Below are positions 1 to 8,928 of a stretch of DNA of 64,000 nt, in pieces. The notes under the pieces were generated by a model. The model had not been told where the DNA came from, did no database searches, and saw only the letters and a program-made list of their open reading frames with translations. This DNA comes from an uncultured bacterium (GTDB lineage Bacteria > Planctomycetota > UBA1135 > GCA-002686595): contig CALSNU010000002.1 of NCBI GenBank assembly GCA_943787795.1, forward strand, positions 416,001-480,000. The letters are read 5' to 3'. Made by a program: the position numbers and the translations under genes. The stretch's first letter is position 1. Every line of letters starts with the position of its first letter.

Positions 1-1148
1 ACCACGACCTTGTGGGCCATCGAGAGGCCCTGCCCTGTGCCTTCACCGACCGCCTTCGTGGTGAAGAATGGGTCGAAGATCCGCTGGCGGATCTCCTCGG
101 GAATCCCGGAGCCCGAGTCGCTCACGCGGATCTCGACGTATCTCCCGGCGTTGCGGGTGCTCAGGCGAATCACGCCCTTCTTCCCGGCTCCCTCTCCGTG
201 CTTCTCGCGAAGGGCATAGGCCGCATTCACGATCATGTTCAGGAGGACCTGGGCGATCTCGCCCGCGTGGCAGAAGACGTGAGGGAGATCGCTGTCGAGG
301 TCCTTCTCGATCTCCGCCACGTACTTCCACTCGTGGGACGCCACGTTGATGGTGGTCTCCAGTGATCGATTGAGGTCCGCGAGAGCCATCTCGGAGGGGC
401 CAGAGTGCGAGAACTCCTTCATCGCCTTCACGATCGTGCTGACCCGCTGGAGGCCCTCGATGGACTGGTCGAGCGCGGTCGGGAACTCCTCGAGGATGTA
501 ATCCAGCTCGATCTCCTCGAACAGCTCCTTCACCGCCCTCGCCTCGCGTCCACAGTCGCCGCCGGCGATCGCGGTCTCCAGCAGCTGGCGCACCTGGCCC
601 AGCGCTGGGGCGAGCTGCTCGAAGGTGTCCTTGAGGAAGCGGGTGTTGTCACCGACGAACTGCGTCGGCGTGTTGATCTCATGGGCGACGCCCGCCGCGA
701 GCTGACCGATGGACTCCATCTTCTGAGCGAGCAGGAGCTGCGCGTGGGTCTCCTCGAGCATGTCCGTCGCCTCACGCAGCCCCAGGTGGACCGCAAGACG
801 TGCCTTCACCTCGCCCATGTGAAAAGGCTTCGCGATGCAGTCGCAGCCGCCCACTGCGAAGGCCCGCTCGATGTTGGCGGGCTCGGAATGGCTGGTCAGA
901 AAGAGCACGGGAATGGCCGCGGTCTTCTCCATGGACTTCATGCGAATGCAGGCCTCGAAGCCGTCCATGACCGGCATCTGGACGTCGAGCAGGATGATCG
1001 AGGGGCGATGCTCCAGCGCCAACTCGATCGCCTTGGCGCCGTCCGCGGCCTCGATCGTCGAGTAACCCGAATTGGCGAGCGAGCGTGCGAGTAGGACCCG
1101 GTTGGTCCGATTGTCGTCCACGATCAGGATCGTCTGCTGCGTCTTCAT
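1..1148 (-). CDS. Hybrid response-regulator/sensor histidine kinase (REC-HisKA-HATPase), truncated by window edge
   Basis: Hand translation from ATG 1148 (absent from ORF track because it runs off the edge): ILIVDD..LLDVQMP..AKPF receiver; [21 protein letters not shown]-box; [30 protein letters not shown] boxes; ATGA overlap with upstream Hpt gene. Confidence 0.93.
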   Translation of the reverse strand, partial: MKTQQTILIVDDNRTNRVLLARSLANSGYSTIEAADGAKAIELALEHRPSIILLDVQMPVMDGFEACIRMKSMEKTAAIPVLFLTSHSEPANIERAFAVGGCDCIAKPFHMGEVKARLAVHLGLREATDMLEETHAQLLLAQKMESIGQLAAGVAHEINTPTQFVGDNTRFLKDTFEQLAPALGQVRQLLETAIAGGDCGREARAVKELFEEIELDYILEEFPTALDQSIEGLQRVSTIVKAMKEFSHSGPSEMALADLNRSLETTINVASHEWKYVAEIEKDLDSDLPHVFCHAGEIAQVLLNMIVNAAYALREKHGEGAGKKGVIRLSTRNAGRYVEIRVSDSGSGIPEEIRQRIFDPFFTTKAVGEGTGQGLSMAHKVV

Positions 1149-1771
1149 GCTCCAAGCCCTCCCTCGAGGAACGCAGCGACCTCGACTCGGAGCTTCTCCA
1201 GCTCCTGTTCGAGCGCGTCGATGTCGCCGCCGGCGCTCTCGTTACCGCCCGCCCTGAGATCACGCTCGAGCCGCTCTGACACGGCGCGCAGCGACTCTGC
1301 CCCAACGTTGGCGGCTGCCCCCCGAAGCTCGTGGGCGATCTCCACCAGCGCACCTGTGTCTCCTTCGGTCGCCGAGTGGGCCATTCGCGCCAGCAGGAGC
1401 GGTACGTGCTCGAGGAAGATCTCAAGCACCTCTCCAAGGAGCGCACGATCGCCCTCGAAGCGCTGGAGCGCCGAGTGAACCGCGAAGACCGTGGAGGAAA
1501 CCTCGACGGCTTGAACCGGCTCGACGGACCCGAGCAGCTCTGAGAGAGCCTGCTGGTCCCGCGAAGACATGAGTTCGGTGATGTCCGGCCATAGGGTCGC
1601 CGCACCGCCTGGGACCTGCAGGTGCCCAGCACGAATCCCCTCGTGGACCTTCGCGATGAGCTCGCGCAGCCTCTCGGTGGCCTTGGGCTCAAACCTGGAC
1701 TGACCGGCCCTCGCGCGCAGGAGCTCCGCCGACTCCTGGACTGCCCGACTGTGTTCGCTGACTCGATTCAT
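1145..1771 (-). CDS. Hpt (histidine phosphotransfer) domain protein
   Basis: ALQRFEGDRALLGEVLEIF...AHELRGAAANVGA Hpt signature; translationally coupled to the hybrid kinase. Confidence 0.88.
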   Translation of the reverse strand: MNRVSEHSRAVQESAELLRARAGQSRFEPKATERLRELIAKVHEGIRAGHLQVPGGAATLWPDITELMSSRDQQALSELLGSVEPVQAVEVSSTVFAVHSALQRFEGDRALLGEVLEIFLEHVPLLLARMAHSATEGDTGALVEIAHELRGAAANVGAESLRAVSERLERDLRAGGNESAGGDIDALEQELEKLRVEVAAFLEGGLGA

Positions 1772-2043
1772 AGGGTGATGCCTGCACCGCCCGGATTAGG
1801 GGTAACCCGTAGCGCGCCTCGCAGGTTCGTGATCGAGCGTGCATGGGTGTTCCCTTTAGGAATCCCCGCGGACGGACGCTCCCGCCCCATAAGAGCGCAC
1901 TGACGGCGGGCTCGCCCTGGTGGGAGGCCTCGCCTCGGGGCAGGCTCACTCATCAGGATGAGGCCCCATCGGACGCCCCTCCGAGGGACCGTTCGAGCGC
2001 GGGAGGCTCTCGCAGGCTCGCCTCCCCGCAAGGACGCGCTCGA

Positions 2044-2114
2044 CCGTGATTCCAGAGCCGTGGTTCCAGAGCCGTGGTTCCGGGGCCGTGGTTCCGGGAC
2101 CAGCGGCTCCGGGG
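2044..2114. repeat. 14-bp tandem repeat (CCGTGGTTCCRGRG), about 5 copies
   Basis: ccgtgattccagag ccgtggttccagag ccgtggttccgggg ccgtggttccggga ccagcggctccgggg; intergenic. Confidence 0.85.
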
Positions 2115-2252
2115 GGCGCGCCTCAGCCGACAGCAGCTCCTTGTGTCAGGGCCCCGACTGGGGAGTCCCCGGGAGCGTTGACGCCGTTCGCCGGTGGAGC
2201 GCTCGCGCCAAGGGGCGCCGCGGTCAGCCCCTGCCGGGCCGGGCCCGGGCTC

Positions 2253-2522
2253 TCAGCGACCGTTCGCGTGAGAGCAGGTGAAGCACTTGTGGTAGAGCCC
2301 ACGCTGCTTCGACTGGCACTGACCCTGGGTGAGGCGGTGCTGGATCAGCGGCGTGATGCCGTCCACGCGCGTGGGACACTCCAGCGCCGGCTCAGACTTG
2401 GTCTTTGCCGCACCCAGGTCCACGTTGGACTCGAACAGTTCGGCCTGGACGGCCGGTCCTTGGTTGCTCCCGCTCATCTGTGCTGTCCTCCTGAGACGCT
2501 CGCGCTGGTCGCGCTTGGCCAC
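2253..2522 (-). CDS. Small hypothetical protein with C-terminal Cys/His cluster (possible metal binding)
   Basis: GTG start with GGGAGG RBS; 89 aa with ECP...QC...HKCFTCSH; sigma28-like promoter upstream. Confidence 0.6.
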   Translation of the reverse strand: MAKRDQRERLRRTAQMSGSNQGPAVQAELFESNVDLGAAKTKSEPALECPTRVDGITPLIQHRLTQGQCQSKQRGLYHKCFTCSHANGR

Positions 2523-2610
2523 GGATCCCTCCCATCACCATGGATGAATCAGCGGTCGGGGAACGATCCCGAGCGCCGACCATCGGTGCGCCGGACACGT
2601 TCTAAGGGTG

Positions 2611-2637
2611 ACATCGGCCACGGATGCCGAGGATTGA
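2611..2637 (-). promoter_or_regulatory. Sigma28 (FliA)-type promoter
   Basis: Minus strand TCAA-N15-GCCGATGT versus consensus TAAA-N15-GCCGATAA, upstream of the 89-aa gene. Confidence 0.55.
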
Positions 2638-2660
2638 CCGAAAAATGATCCGTTCAGCGA

Positions 2661-3533
2661 TCAGGGAGCCTTCGGGCCCGCCCAGTGGCGCCGAATCAAA
2701 GCCAGAGACTCGCGCGCGGCGTCCGGTCCACGATGGCCGTCGCGGGAGAGTTCCACGGCGCCGATCCCTTCAAAACCGGATCGGAGCAGACCGTCGAGCG
2801 CGTCACCGAGGTCGAGATCGCCATCCCCCAAAGCAACATGCTGATGGAGCCCCCGAGGACAGTCCGCCAGGTGGACGTGCACCAACCTCGGCGCCCAGTG
2901 GAGGATCGTCTCACTCACCGGCTCCTCTCCGGTCACCACGCAGTGACCAAGGTCCAGGGTCAGACCGAGCTCATCGAGGGCTGGCCCGCCCCTCTCGAGG
3001 AGCGCTCCGAAGCCAGCTGGGCGCTCGATGAACATGCCGGGCTCTGGCTCGAAGGCGACCTGCACTCCCGTCCCCCGCGCGTGCTCCAGCACCCGCACGA
3101 GCCCCTCCACCAGGCGGTCGCCGAGCGGGTGGTCCGGGTCCACATCGAGGGTGCCGTCCACGTCTTGCGGCGCTGAACCTGCCCAGAGAGAGACGACGCC
3201 AGCGCCGAGATCCACCGCGAGATCCACGCAGCGGCGGTAGAAGTCGATCCGCTTGCCGCGGCCATTCGCATCCCCTTCCAGGAGCGAGGGGCGGTGCTTG
3301 CGCCGAGGGTCGAGCAAGAACCGGGCGCCGGTCTCGATCGCCACGGCGAGCCCCAGATCCTCGAGCTGCTCGCGCGTCGACGGCACCTCTCCCGGGCGCA
3401 GAAGGAAGGGGTCAAGAGCCCCGACGTCGGGGGTGATGGCCACCGCCTCGTAGCCCAGATCACTGATGAGGTCGAGCGCCTCGGGGAGCCGGTGCGAGCT
3501 GAGCCCGTTCGTGTTGTAGCCGATACGGAACAT
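2661..3533 (-). CDS. Sugar phosphate isomerase/epimerase (xylose isomerase-like TIM barrel, AP endonuclease 2 family)
   Basis: GYNTNG start; FEPEPG, LDLGH, HVHLAD, GAVEL metal-ligand motifs. Confidence 0.85.
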   Translation of the reverse strand: MFRIGYNTNGLSSHRLPEALDLISDLGYEAVAITPDVGALDPFLLRPGEVPSTREQLEDLGLAVAIETGARFLLDPRRKHRPSLLEGDANGRGKRIDFYRRCVDLAVDLGAGVVSLWAGSAPQDVDGTLDVDPDHPLGDRLVEGLVRVLEHARGTGVQVAFEPEPGMFIERPAGFGALLERGGPALDELGLTLDLGHCVVTGEEPVSETILHWAPRLVHVHLADCPRGLHQHVALGDGDLDLGDALDGLLRSGFEGIGAVELSRDGHRGPDAARESLALIRRHWAGPKAP

Positions 3534-3544
3534 GGGCCTGCCGT

Positions 3545-4177
3545 TCAGCCCTCGCGCCGCGCCGGGTCGCCTTCCACGTCGCCCGCTTGGGCACCCGCTT
3601 GGGTATCCGCTTGGGTATCCGGGGCCTCTTCATCCTGAGCGCCGGCGTGGGGCTCCGCCGAGCCTGCCGGGCCAGACGGGCCAGCCGTCTCGCTCTCACC
3701 GAGGGGCTCCGGCGCGTCAGCCGAGGCCTCCTCTCCGGACGGCTCTCGCCGATCCAGGTCGTCGTCCGCCGACCACTCACCGCTCGCGATGATCCCCTCC
3801 GCCGGCCGAATATCGACGGAGGAGTCGTAGTACTCCTCAGCCCGCGCATGGTCGGGATCGACCGCCTCGTCGTGGTGATCTGCCTCGTCGTGGTGCTCAT
3901 CCAGGGCGGCGGGCGGAGGCGCAGACGACGCGACGTCAAAATCAGCGGCGCGCGGGACGCTCATCTCGATGTCCCGCCGCACCCGGCGAAGCTCCTCCTC
4001 GAGGCCCGTATCACGCCACATCTTGGTGACCGCGCGCCTCGCTCGCATGACGTGGGCGACCGCGCGCAGGGCCACATCGGGGAGCCGCGATCCGAAGACC
4101 ATGAGCGCTGCCGCGACGACAACGAGGAGCTCGAAGCCGTTGATCGTGCCGAAGATCGCGAGGGCCTGAGGGATCAT
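3545..4177 (-). CDS. tatB: Twin-arginine translocase TatA/TatB-family subunit (TatB-like, long acidic tail)
   Basis: FGTINGFELLVVVAAALMVFGSRLP TM + FG hinge + amphipathic helix; start at ATG 4177 (ATGA overlap with upstream mini-ORF). Confidence 0.75.
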   Translation of the reverse strand: MIPQALAIFGTINGFELLVVVAAALMVFGSRLPDVALRAVAHVMRARRAVTKMWRDTGLEEELRRVRRDIEMSVPRAADFDVASSAPPPAALDEHHDEADHHDEAVDPDHARAEEYYDSSVDIRPAEGIIASGEWSADDDLDRREPSGEEASADAPEPLGESETAGPSGPAGSAEPHAGAQDEEAPDTQADTQAGAQAGDVEGDPARREG

Positions 4178-4314
4178 CTGCGCTCCGCTCGCCGGGCCCA
4201 CCGGACCACAACAGCCGGCACACGGAAACCCACCAGCGCGAGCGCCGCCGCGGTGATCAGGAGGAGCTCCGCCGCGTTGACGGAGCCGAGGAGTGCGAGT
4301 GAGACGGGGGTCAT
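4174..4314 (-). CDS. 46-aa TatA-like membrane peptide (not in ORF track)
   Basis: MTPVSLALLGSVNAAELLLITAAALALVGFRVPAVVVRWARRAERR*; aligns with the N-terminus of the adjacent Tat gene; stop overlaps its ATG; TAGAAT box upstream. Confidence 0.65.
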   Translation of the reverse strand: MTPVSLALLGSVNAAELLLITAAALALVGFRVPAVVVRWARRAERR

Positions 4315-4343
4315 CTGAGCCGGGATTCTAACCGCACATCCGA

Positions 4344-5063
4344 TCAGAGCTCGAAGAGGTCAACCCTTCGAAATTCGGCCTCTGCCCCCTCGGCCTGGAG
4401 GGCGATCTGCCCCGAGGACGCCGTGCAGTCACGGCCCTGATTCACCAGCTCACCGTTGACCCAGATGTCGATGCTCCGGGCCCGGCACTCGATGGTCATC
4501 CGGTTCCATTCCCCCGCCGGGTTCTCGGCCCCATCGGTGAGGTTGATGATCCGGCGGCGCTGCCCCTCCTCGACGCCCCACTGAGTCGGGTCAGGACCGC
4601 GACGCGTCTCCATATCCGGCGTCTGGATGTCCTCACCGATGCACCAGAAGTCGCCCGCGTTCCCGTGATACATCTGGCACTCGATGGACTGCGGGAACAT
4701 CCCGTAGAGGCGACGAGGGGTCGAGCAGTGGACGAGCACGCCGCAGTTGCCCGGTTGTCCGGTCCACCGATACTCGACCTCCAGCCGGTAGTCGCCGTAC
4801 GACTCGTCGGTGATCAGGTGCCCCTGAGGGGCACCCCGGCTGACCAGGACCCCCTCACGGACGACGAACGTCGGCTCGATCTCGGGCTTGCCGTCCGCCT
4901 CCGGGACGTCCACGTGCCACCCCTCCAGGCTCTCGCCATCGAAGAGCGGTTGCGCCTCTTGAGCCCCGCTCGAGCCCCCACGGAACGACGCGCAACCTGT
5001 CAACGCGGCAGCGATCAGGAGAGCGGCAGGGAGCGCTCGAAGGCGGGGTGACTTGGCAATCAT
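4344..5063 (-). CDS. DUF1080 / 3-keto-disaccharide hydrolase-family lipoprotein
   Basis: Lipobox ALTGC; PLFDGESLEGW, GNCGV, GEWNRMTI, GQIALQAEG motifs. Confidence 0.88.
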   Translation of the reverse strand: MIAKSPRLRALPAALLIAAALTGCASFRGGSSGAQEAQPLFDGESLEGWHVDVPEADGKPEIEPTFVVREGVLVSRGAPQGHLITDESYGDYRLEVEYRWTGQPGNCGVLVHCSTPRRLYGMFPQSIECQMYHGNAGDFWCIGEDIQTPDMETRRGPDPTQWGVEEGQRRRIINLTDGAENPAGEWNRMTIECRARSIDIWVNGELVNQGRDCTASSGQIALQAEGAEAEFRRVDLFEL

Positions 5064-5173
5064 GAGGCGTACCGAGTGGGCGGTGAAGACGGCAGGTGAG
5101 GACCCAGGGTAGCGATCAGCGACAATCCCGAACGGCACACCCCGCGAACGAGCCGAAGGCTACGCTCACGGCG

Positions 5174-5869
5174 ATGGAATCCCAGTTCGTCCTCGCCGCT
5201 GGCTTCTACGTGGTGTTCGTGCTCTCGACCGTCCTGCACGAGGCTGCCCACGCCTGGGCAGCGCTGCGCCTCGGCGACGACACGGCCCAGCGCGCCGGAC
5301 AGGTCTCTCTGGACCCGATCCCGCACATCACCCGGGAGCCCATCGGCATGGTCCTGCTCCCGATCCTGACCCTCGCCTTCATCGGCTGGCCCCTGGGTTT
5401 CGCCAGCGCGCCCTACGACCCGATCTGGGCGGAGCGCTACCCGCGCCGGGCCGGCTGGATGGCCCTCGCCGGTCCAGCAGCCAACCTGATGCTCTTCCTG
5501 CTCGCCGCCGCGGGGCTCCGCTGGGGTCTGGCGACCGGGCTCTTCCAGGCCCCCGAGGCCCTCAGCGTCTACTCCGTGGCCGAGACTGCCGGTTCCGCAA
5601 TCGGGCGCTCCTTCGCCATCTTCCTCAGCCTCGTGTTCGTCCAGAACCTGCTGCTGATGCTCTTCAACCTCATCCCCGTCGCGCCTCTGGACGGGAGCGC
5701 CGCGGCCGCCCTCGTGCTCCCCTCACGGGCCTTCGCCGCCTACTCGAGGGTGATGGGCCAGCCAGGCATGTCCATCATCGGCCTCGTGCTCGCCTGGAAC
5801 GTCTTCGACCGGCTGTTCTATCCCGCGTATCGCGCCGCGGTCGATCTCGTCTACTCCGGGGCCCTCTAG
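5174..5869 (+). CDS. Site-2 protease (peptidase M50)
   Basis: HEAAH, ALAGPAAN, FNLIPVAPLDG motifs; hydrophobic. Confidence 0.92.
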   Translation: MESQFVLAAGFYVVFVLSTVLHEAAHAWAALRLGDDTAQRAGQVSLDPIPHITREPIGMVLLPILTLAFIGWPLGFASAPYDPIWAERYPRRAGWMALAGPAANLMLFLLAAAGLRWGLATGLFQAPEALSVYSVAETAGSAIGRSFAIFLSLVFVQNLLLMLFNLIPVAPLDGSAAAALVLPSRAFAAYSRVMGQPGMSIIGLVLAWNVFDRLFYPAYRAAVDLVYSGAL

Positions 5870-5955
5870 CGGAGATCATCTGGCGCACAATCGCCAGCGC
5901 GCCCTGCGGGCCAAGAAACTAGACGGCAGAATTGTGGCGTCCAATGGAGCCCAAG

Positions 5956-6966
5956 ATGACGAAGACCCGCGCTGTGACTTGCCTGCTCGCCCTCTGCTGC
6001 ATCGCCCTTGGCGCGACCCCTCCTGCTGCCGCGCAGGAGGTGCTCACCTCGCCTCCGGCCAATGAGTCGGGGGTCGTCGAGGTCGACGTCTCGTTCCTCC
6101 TCGTGGACGTGATGGGCGTGTACGACGCGGAGCAAGAGATCAGCGCGGACCTCTTCTACCGGCTCAACTGGTCGGACCCTCGCCTCGCCTTCGACGAGGC
6201 GGAGAGTCGCTTCCTCAAGATGGACTCGATCTGGGCTCCGAACTTCCAGTCCACCAGCAACCGGGGGGCAAGTGAGATGCTCCCGAGGGTCGTCATTGTC
6301 GACCCTGACGGCAACGCCACGTACACCCAGCGACTCACGGGCCGCTTCGGCGCGCCGACCTACCTGGCCGACTTCCCCTTCGACCGGCACGAGATCTCCT
6401 TCCCCTTCTTCTTCGCGACGAGCGAAGGCGTGGTCGAGTATCAGGTGAGCGCCGGACCGATCGTGGAGATCTCGAGCCTGCTCGCCACACCCGACTGGAA
6501 GGTCGAAGGCGGCACGATCAGCACCGAACCGCTCTCGATCAGCGCGGCCCTCCCGCCCGTGCCGGGCGCCACCTTCACCGTCGAGGCCACGCGGATCACC
6601 TCGCACTACATCTGGAACACGATCCTCCCGCTGATCGTGATCGTGATGATGTCTTGGACGGTCTTCTGGGCGCCGCCCGCGCAGATCGCCGTCCAGTTCG
6701 GCTTCAGCGCGACGTCGATCCTCACGGTCATCGCCTACCGCTTCGCCCTCGCCAACCAGGTGCCGCCGCTGTCCTACAGCACGCGCCTCGACGTCTTCCT
6801 GAACGGCGCCTTCATCCTGGCGTTCTTCGCGCTGGTCGAGGTCATCATCACCGCCCGCCTCATCTACCGGGAGCGTGTCTCGGCCGCGGAGCGGGTCGAC
6901 CTGCACGCCCGCTGGGTCTTCCCGCTGCTGCTGGCAGGCATCGCGGTGCGCGCGTTCCTCGTCTAG
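5956..6966 (+). CDS. Prokaryotic pentameric ligand-gated ion channel (GLIC/ELIC family)
   Basis: Signal peptide; WSDPRL, IWAP, FPFD (Pro-loop), pre-M1 Arg, ILPL in M1, LTVIAY in M2, PPLSYSTRLD M2-M3 loop; four TM helices. Confidence 0.9.
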   Translation: MTKTRAVTCLLALCCIALGATPPAAAQEVLTSPPANESGVVEVDVSFLLVDVMGVYDAEQEISADLFYRLNWSDPRLAFDEAESRFLKMDSIWAPNFQSTSNRGASEMLPRVVIVDPDGNATYTQRLTGRFGAPTYLADFPFDRHEISFPFFFATSEGVVEYQVSAGPIVEISSLLATPDWKVEGGTISTEPLSISAALPPVPGATFTVEATRITSHYIWNTILPLIVIVMMSWTVFWAPPAQIAVQFGFSATSILTVIAYRFALANQVPPLSYSTRLDVFLNGAFILAFFALVEVIITARLIYRERVSAAERVDLHARWVFPLLLAGIAVRAFLV

Positions 6967-6994
6967 GGGGACTCGGCGCCCTGCGGGTGCCCGC

Positions 6995-7600
6995 TCAGGC
7001 ACCTGCCCTGCGCAGCAGCCAGAGGTTCCGCGCCTGGACAAGGGGCCCGGGGAGGAAGCCGGCGATGAAGACCGGGTCCCCGAGCTCGACGACGTAGGCC
7101 AGCAGCAGCAGGTTGCCGGAGAGGCTGAGCCACCAGAAGGAGGCCGGGAAGTGGGCGTCCCCCGATCGCTCGCTGGCGTACCACTGGACGACGAAGCGCG
7201 AGCCGAAGAGTGACTGCCCAAGGAAGGCCACGGCGGGCCACAGCGCGTCGGATGTGCCCTCCGCGGCGCTCTTCAGGGCCAACGCCAGGAACCCCAGACC
7301 GCTGAGGCCGGCGAGCAGAAGGGCCGGGCGACGACTGAGCCGCCCAGCCTTGGAGCCGAGGTAGGCAATCGAGACGTTGCGCAGGTAGATGAGGAACGTC
7401 AGTCCGTAGCCCAGGCTCAGCGGCAGGTCGCCCAGGTGGATCGCGTAGCTGCCGAGGAGGACCGCCCCCGCAACCGAGAGCCACCAGAAGATCCGTGGCG
7501 CGACGCTCCTGCCCGCCCGCTCGGAGAGCAGCCACTGGACCAGAAATCTGGAGAAGTAGCAGGCATTACCCAGCCAGCCAATCGCCGCCATCCACGTCAT
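6995..7600 (-). CDS. Lipid-A-disaccharide synthase N-terminal (LAB_N) domain protein, two tandem copies
   Basis: Two repeats of G..F.SRF.VQW..SER.G....P..FWWLS..G. Confidence 0.85.
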   Translation of the reverse strand: MTWMAAIGWLGNACYFSRFLVQWLLSERAGRSVAPRIFWWLSVAGAVLLGSYAIHLGDLPLSLGYGLTFLIYLRNVSIAYLGSKAGRLSRRPALLLAGLSGLGFLALALKSAAEGTSDALWPAVAFLGQSLFGSRFVVQWYASERSGDAHFPASFWWLSLSGNLLLLAYVVELGDPVFIAGFLPGPLVQARNLWLLRRAGA

Positions 7601-7685
7601 ATCTTGGGGCGGGGGCTCCGAGTCGCTCCGTCAGGGAGCGCTCGACGGTCCAGCCTGCGCAGAGGCTAACACGCGGGCAGCCGGC

Positions 7686-8717
7686 TCAGCGGTTGCGGTA
7701 GACGGAGTGGCACTCGAGGCAGCTCTCAGCCACCACCCCGTAGGCCAGCTCAAGCTCATCCGAGCGGTCCGCCCCAGGCTCGGACCGGCAGTCCGTGAGG
7801 AGCTCCACGATCTTCCCGGTCCCCTCCCGGCTGTCCGTCAGCCAGGCGCGGAAGTCGTCGGCGAAGGTCGCCGTCTCGTCCATCTCGACGCAGGCATCAA
7901 GATGCTGGAGGACGGTGGTCGCAGAGCGGAGCGGATCGATATCCGGGTGATCGGCGCTCAGCTGCCAGTCGTTCTTGCGGATGAGCTTCACCTCATCCCA
8001 GGACCTGGTGAGGGTGATCATCGCCTCACGGATGCCGGACGGGCTCTGGGACGAGGCGAAGTCGAAGTCGTAGGCCGCGGTCTCCTCCGCCGTCGGGAAC
8101 TCCGCCGTCGCCACCGTGAGGTAGAGCCCCTCGTACTTCTTGGCGGTGGTGCACCAGTGCCGCATCTCTGCGATCGCGCGGTCTCGGTTCAGCCCGTCCA
8201 GGGCGACCGATCCGATCGCCGCCGCCGCGGGTCCGCGATGACGGCCGTGGAAGCAGTGGACGTAGAACGGCGCCTCGAGCTCGCGGAAGGCCTTGGCGAT
8301 CCGGAGCACCTGATCCTCGGTGATCCCCTTGTACTGGATCGGCACGTGCACATAGCGCAGACCAAGCAGCTCGGCTCCCTCGACGTCCGGCGCCTTGCCG
8401 TCCACCGAGAGGATGGTCTTGACGCCCCAGGCCTCGAGCTGAGCCAGGGCCTCACGGTCCACGGGCTCGCTGCCCGTGATGATCCGATCACTGAAGCGAT
8501 AGACGTTCTGCAGCCCGGGGTAGTTGCCCGGGGGCACCGCGGGCAGGGCGAAGTCACCCGCGGCATCCCACGCGCTGCCTTCGAGGGGCAGCGGGGGCGC
8601 CACCTGAGAGGTCATCGTGCCCGCGGACTCGACCCGCACGCCGCTCTCTCCCGCCTGGCAGGCCACCGCCGCGAAGGCGAGGAGCAGGGCCGTGTTGAGC
8701 TGAGGGGTGAAACGCAT
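7686..8717 (-). CDS. Lipoprotein: PTP/DSP-like phosphatase domain fused to C-terminal cytochrome c'-like heme domain
   Basis: Lipobox AVAC; GVKTILSVD and HCFHGRHRG (CX5R); C-terminal SCLECHSVYR. Confidence 0.75.
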   Translation of the reverse strand: MRFTPQLNTALLLAFAAVACQAGESGVRVESAGTMTSQVAPPLPLEGSAWDAAGDFALPAVPPGNYPGLQNVYRFSDRIITGSEPVDREALAQLEAWGVKTILSVDGKAPDVEGAELLGLRYVHVPIQYKGITEDQVLRIAKAFRELEAPFYVHCFHGRHRGPAAAAIGSVALDGLNRDRAIAEMRHWCTTAKKYEGLYLTVATAEFPTAEETAAYDFDFASSQSPSGIREAMITLTRSWDEVKLIRKNDWQLSADHPDIDPLRSATTVLQHLDACVEMDETATFADDFRAWLTDSREGTGKIVELLTDCRSEPGADRSDELELAYGVVAESCLECHSVYRNR

Positions 8718-8928
8718 GGGTCGGACGCTGGATCGCGGGGACGCACTCACCCAGGCAAGGGCTGTGCCATCCCCTCGTCACAGGGCCTGGCGGGCCCGAG
8801 AGGCCCCTCGGACGGAGGGGCTGTCACGGGACCGGAACAGGGCTGGACGCAGTCCGGAGAGGATAGCCGGGACGAGCCATCTCGGGGGCTGGAGGGCGCA
8901 CCCAGAGCGAACCAGCGCCTCGATCGAG

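Noticed and set aside
1828..1860. Sigma28 promoter (TAAAG...CTCGATCA) upstream of the Hpt gene
   Set aside because: Spacing is 2 nt too long and the -10 is degenerate
6995..7600. Calling the LAB_N protein lpxB
   Set aside because: It has only two membrane LAB_N repeats and no LpxB glycosyltransferase domain
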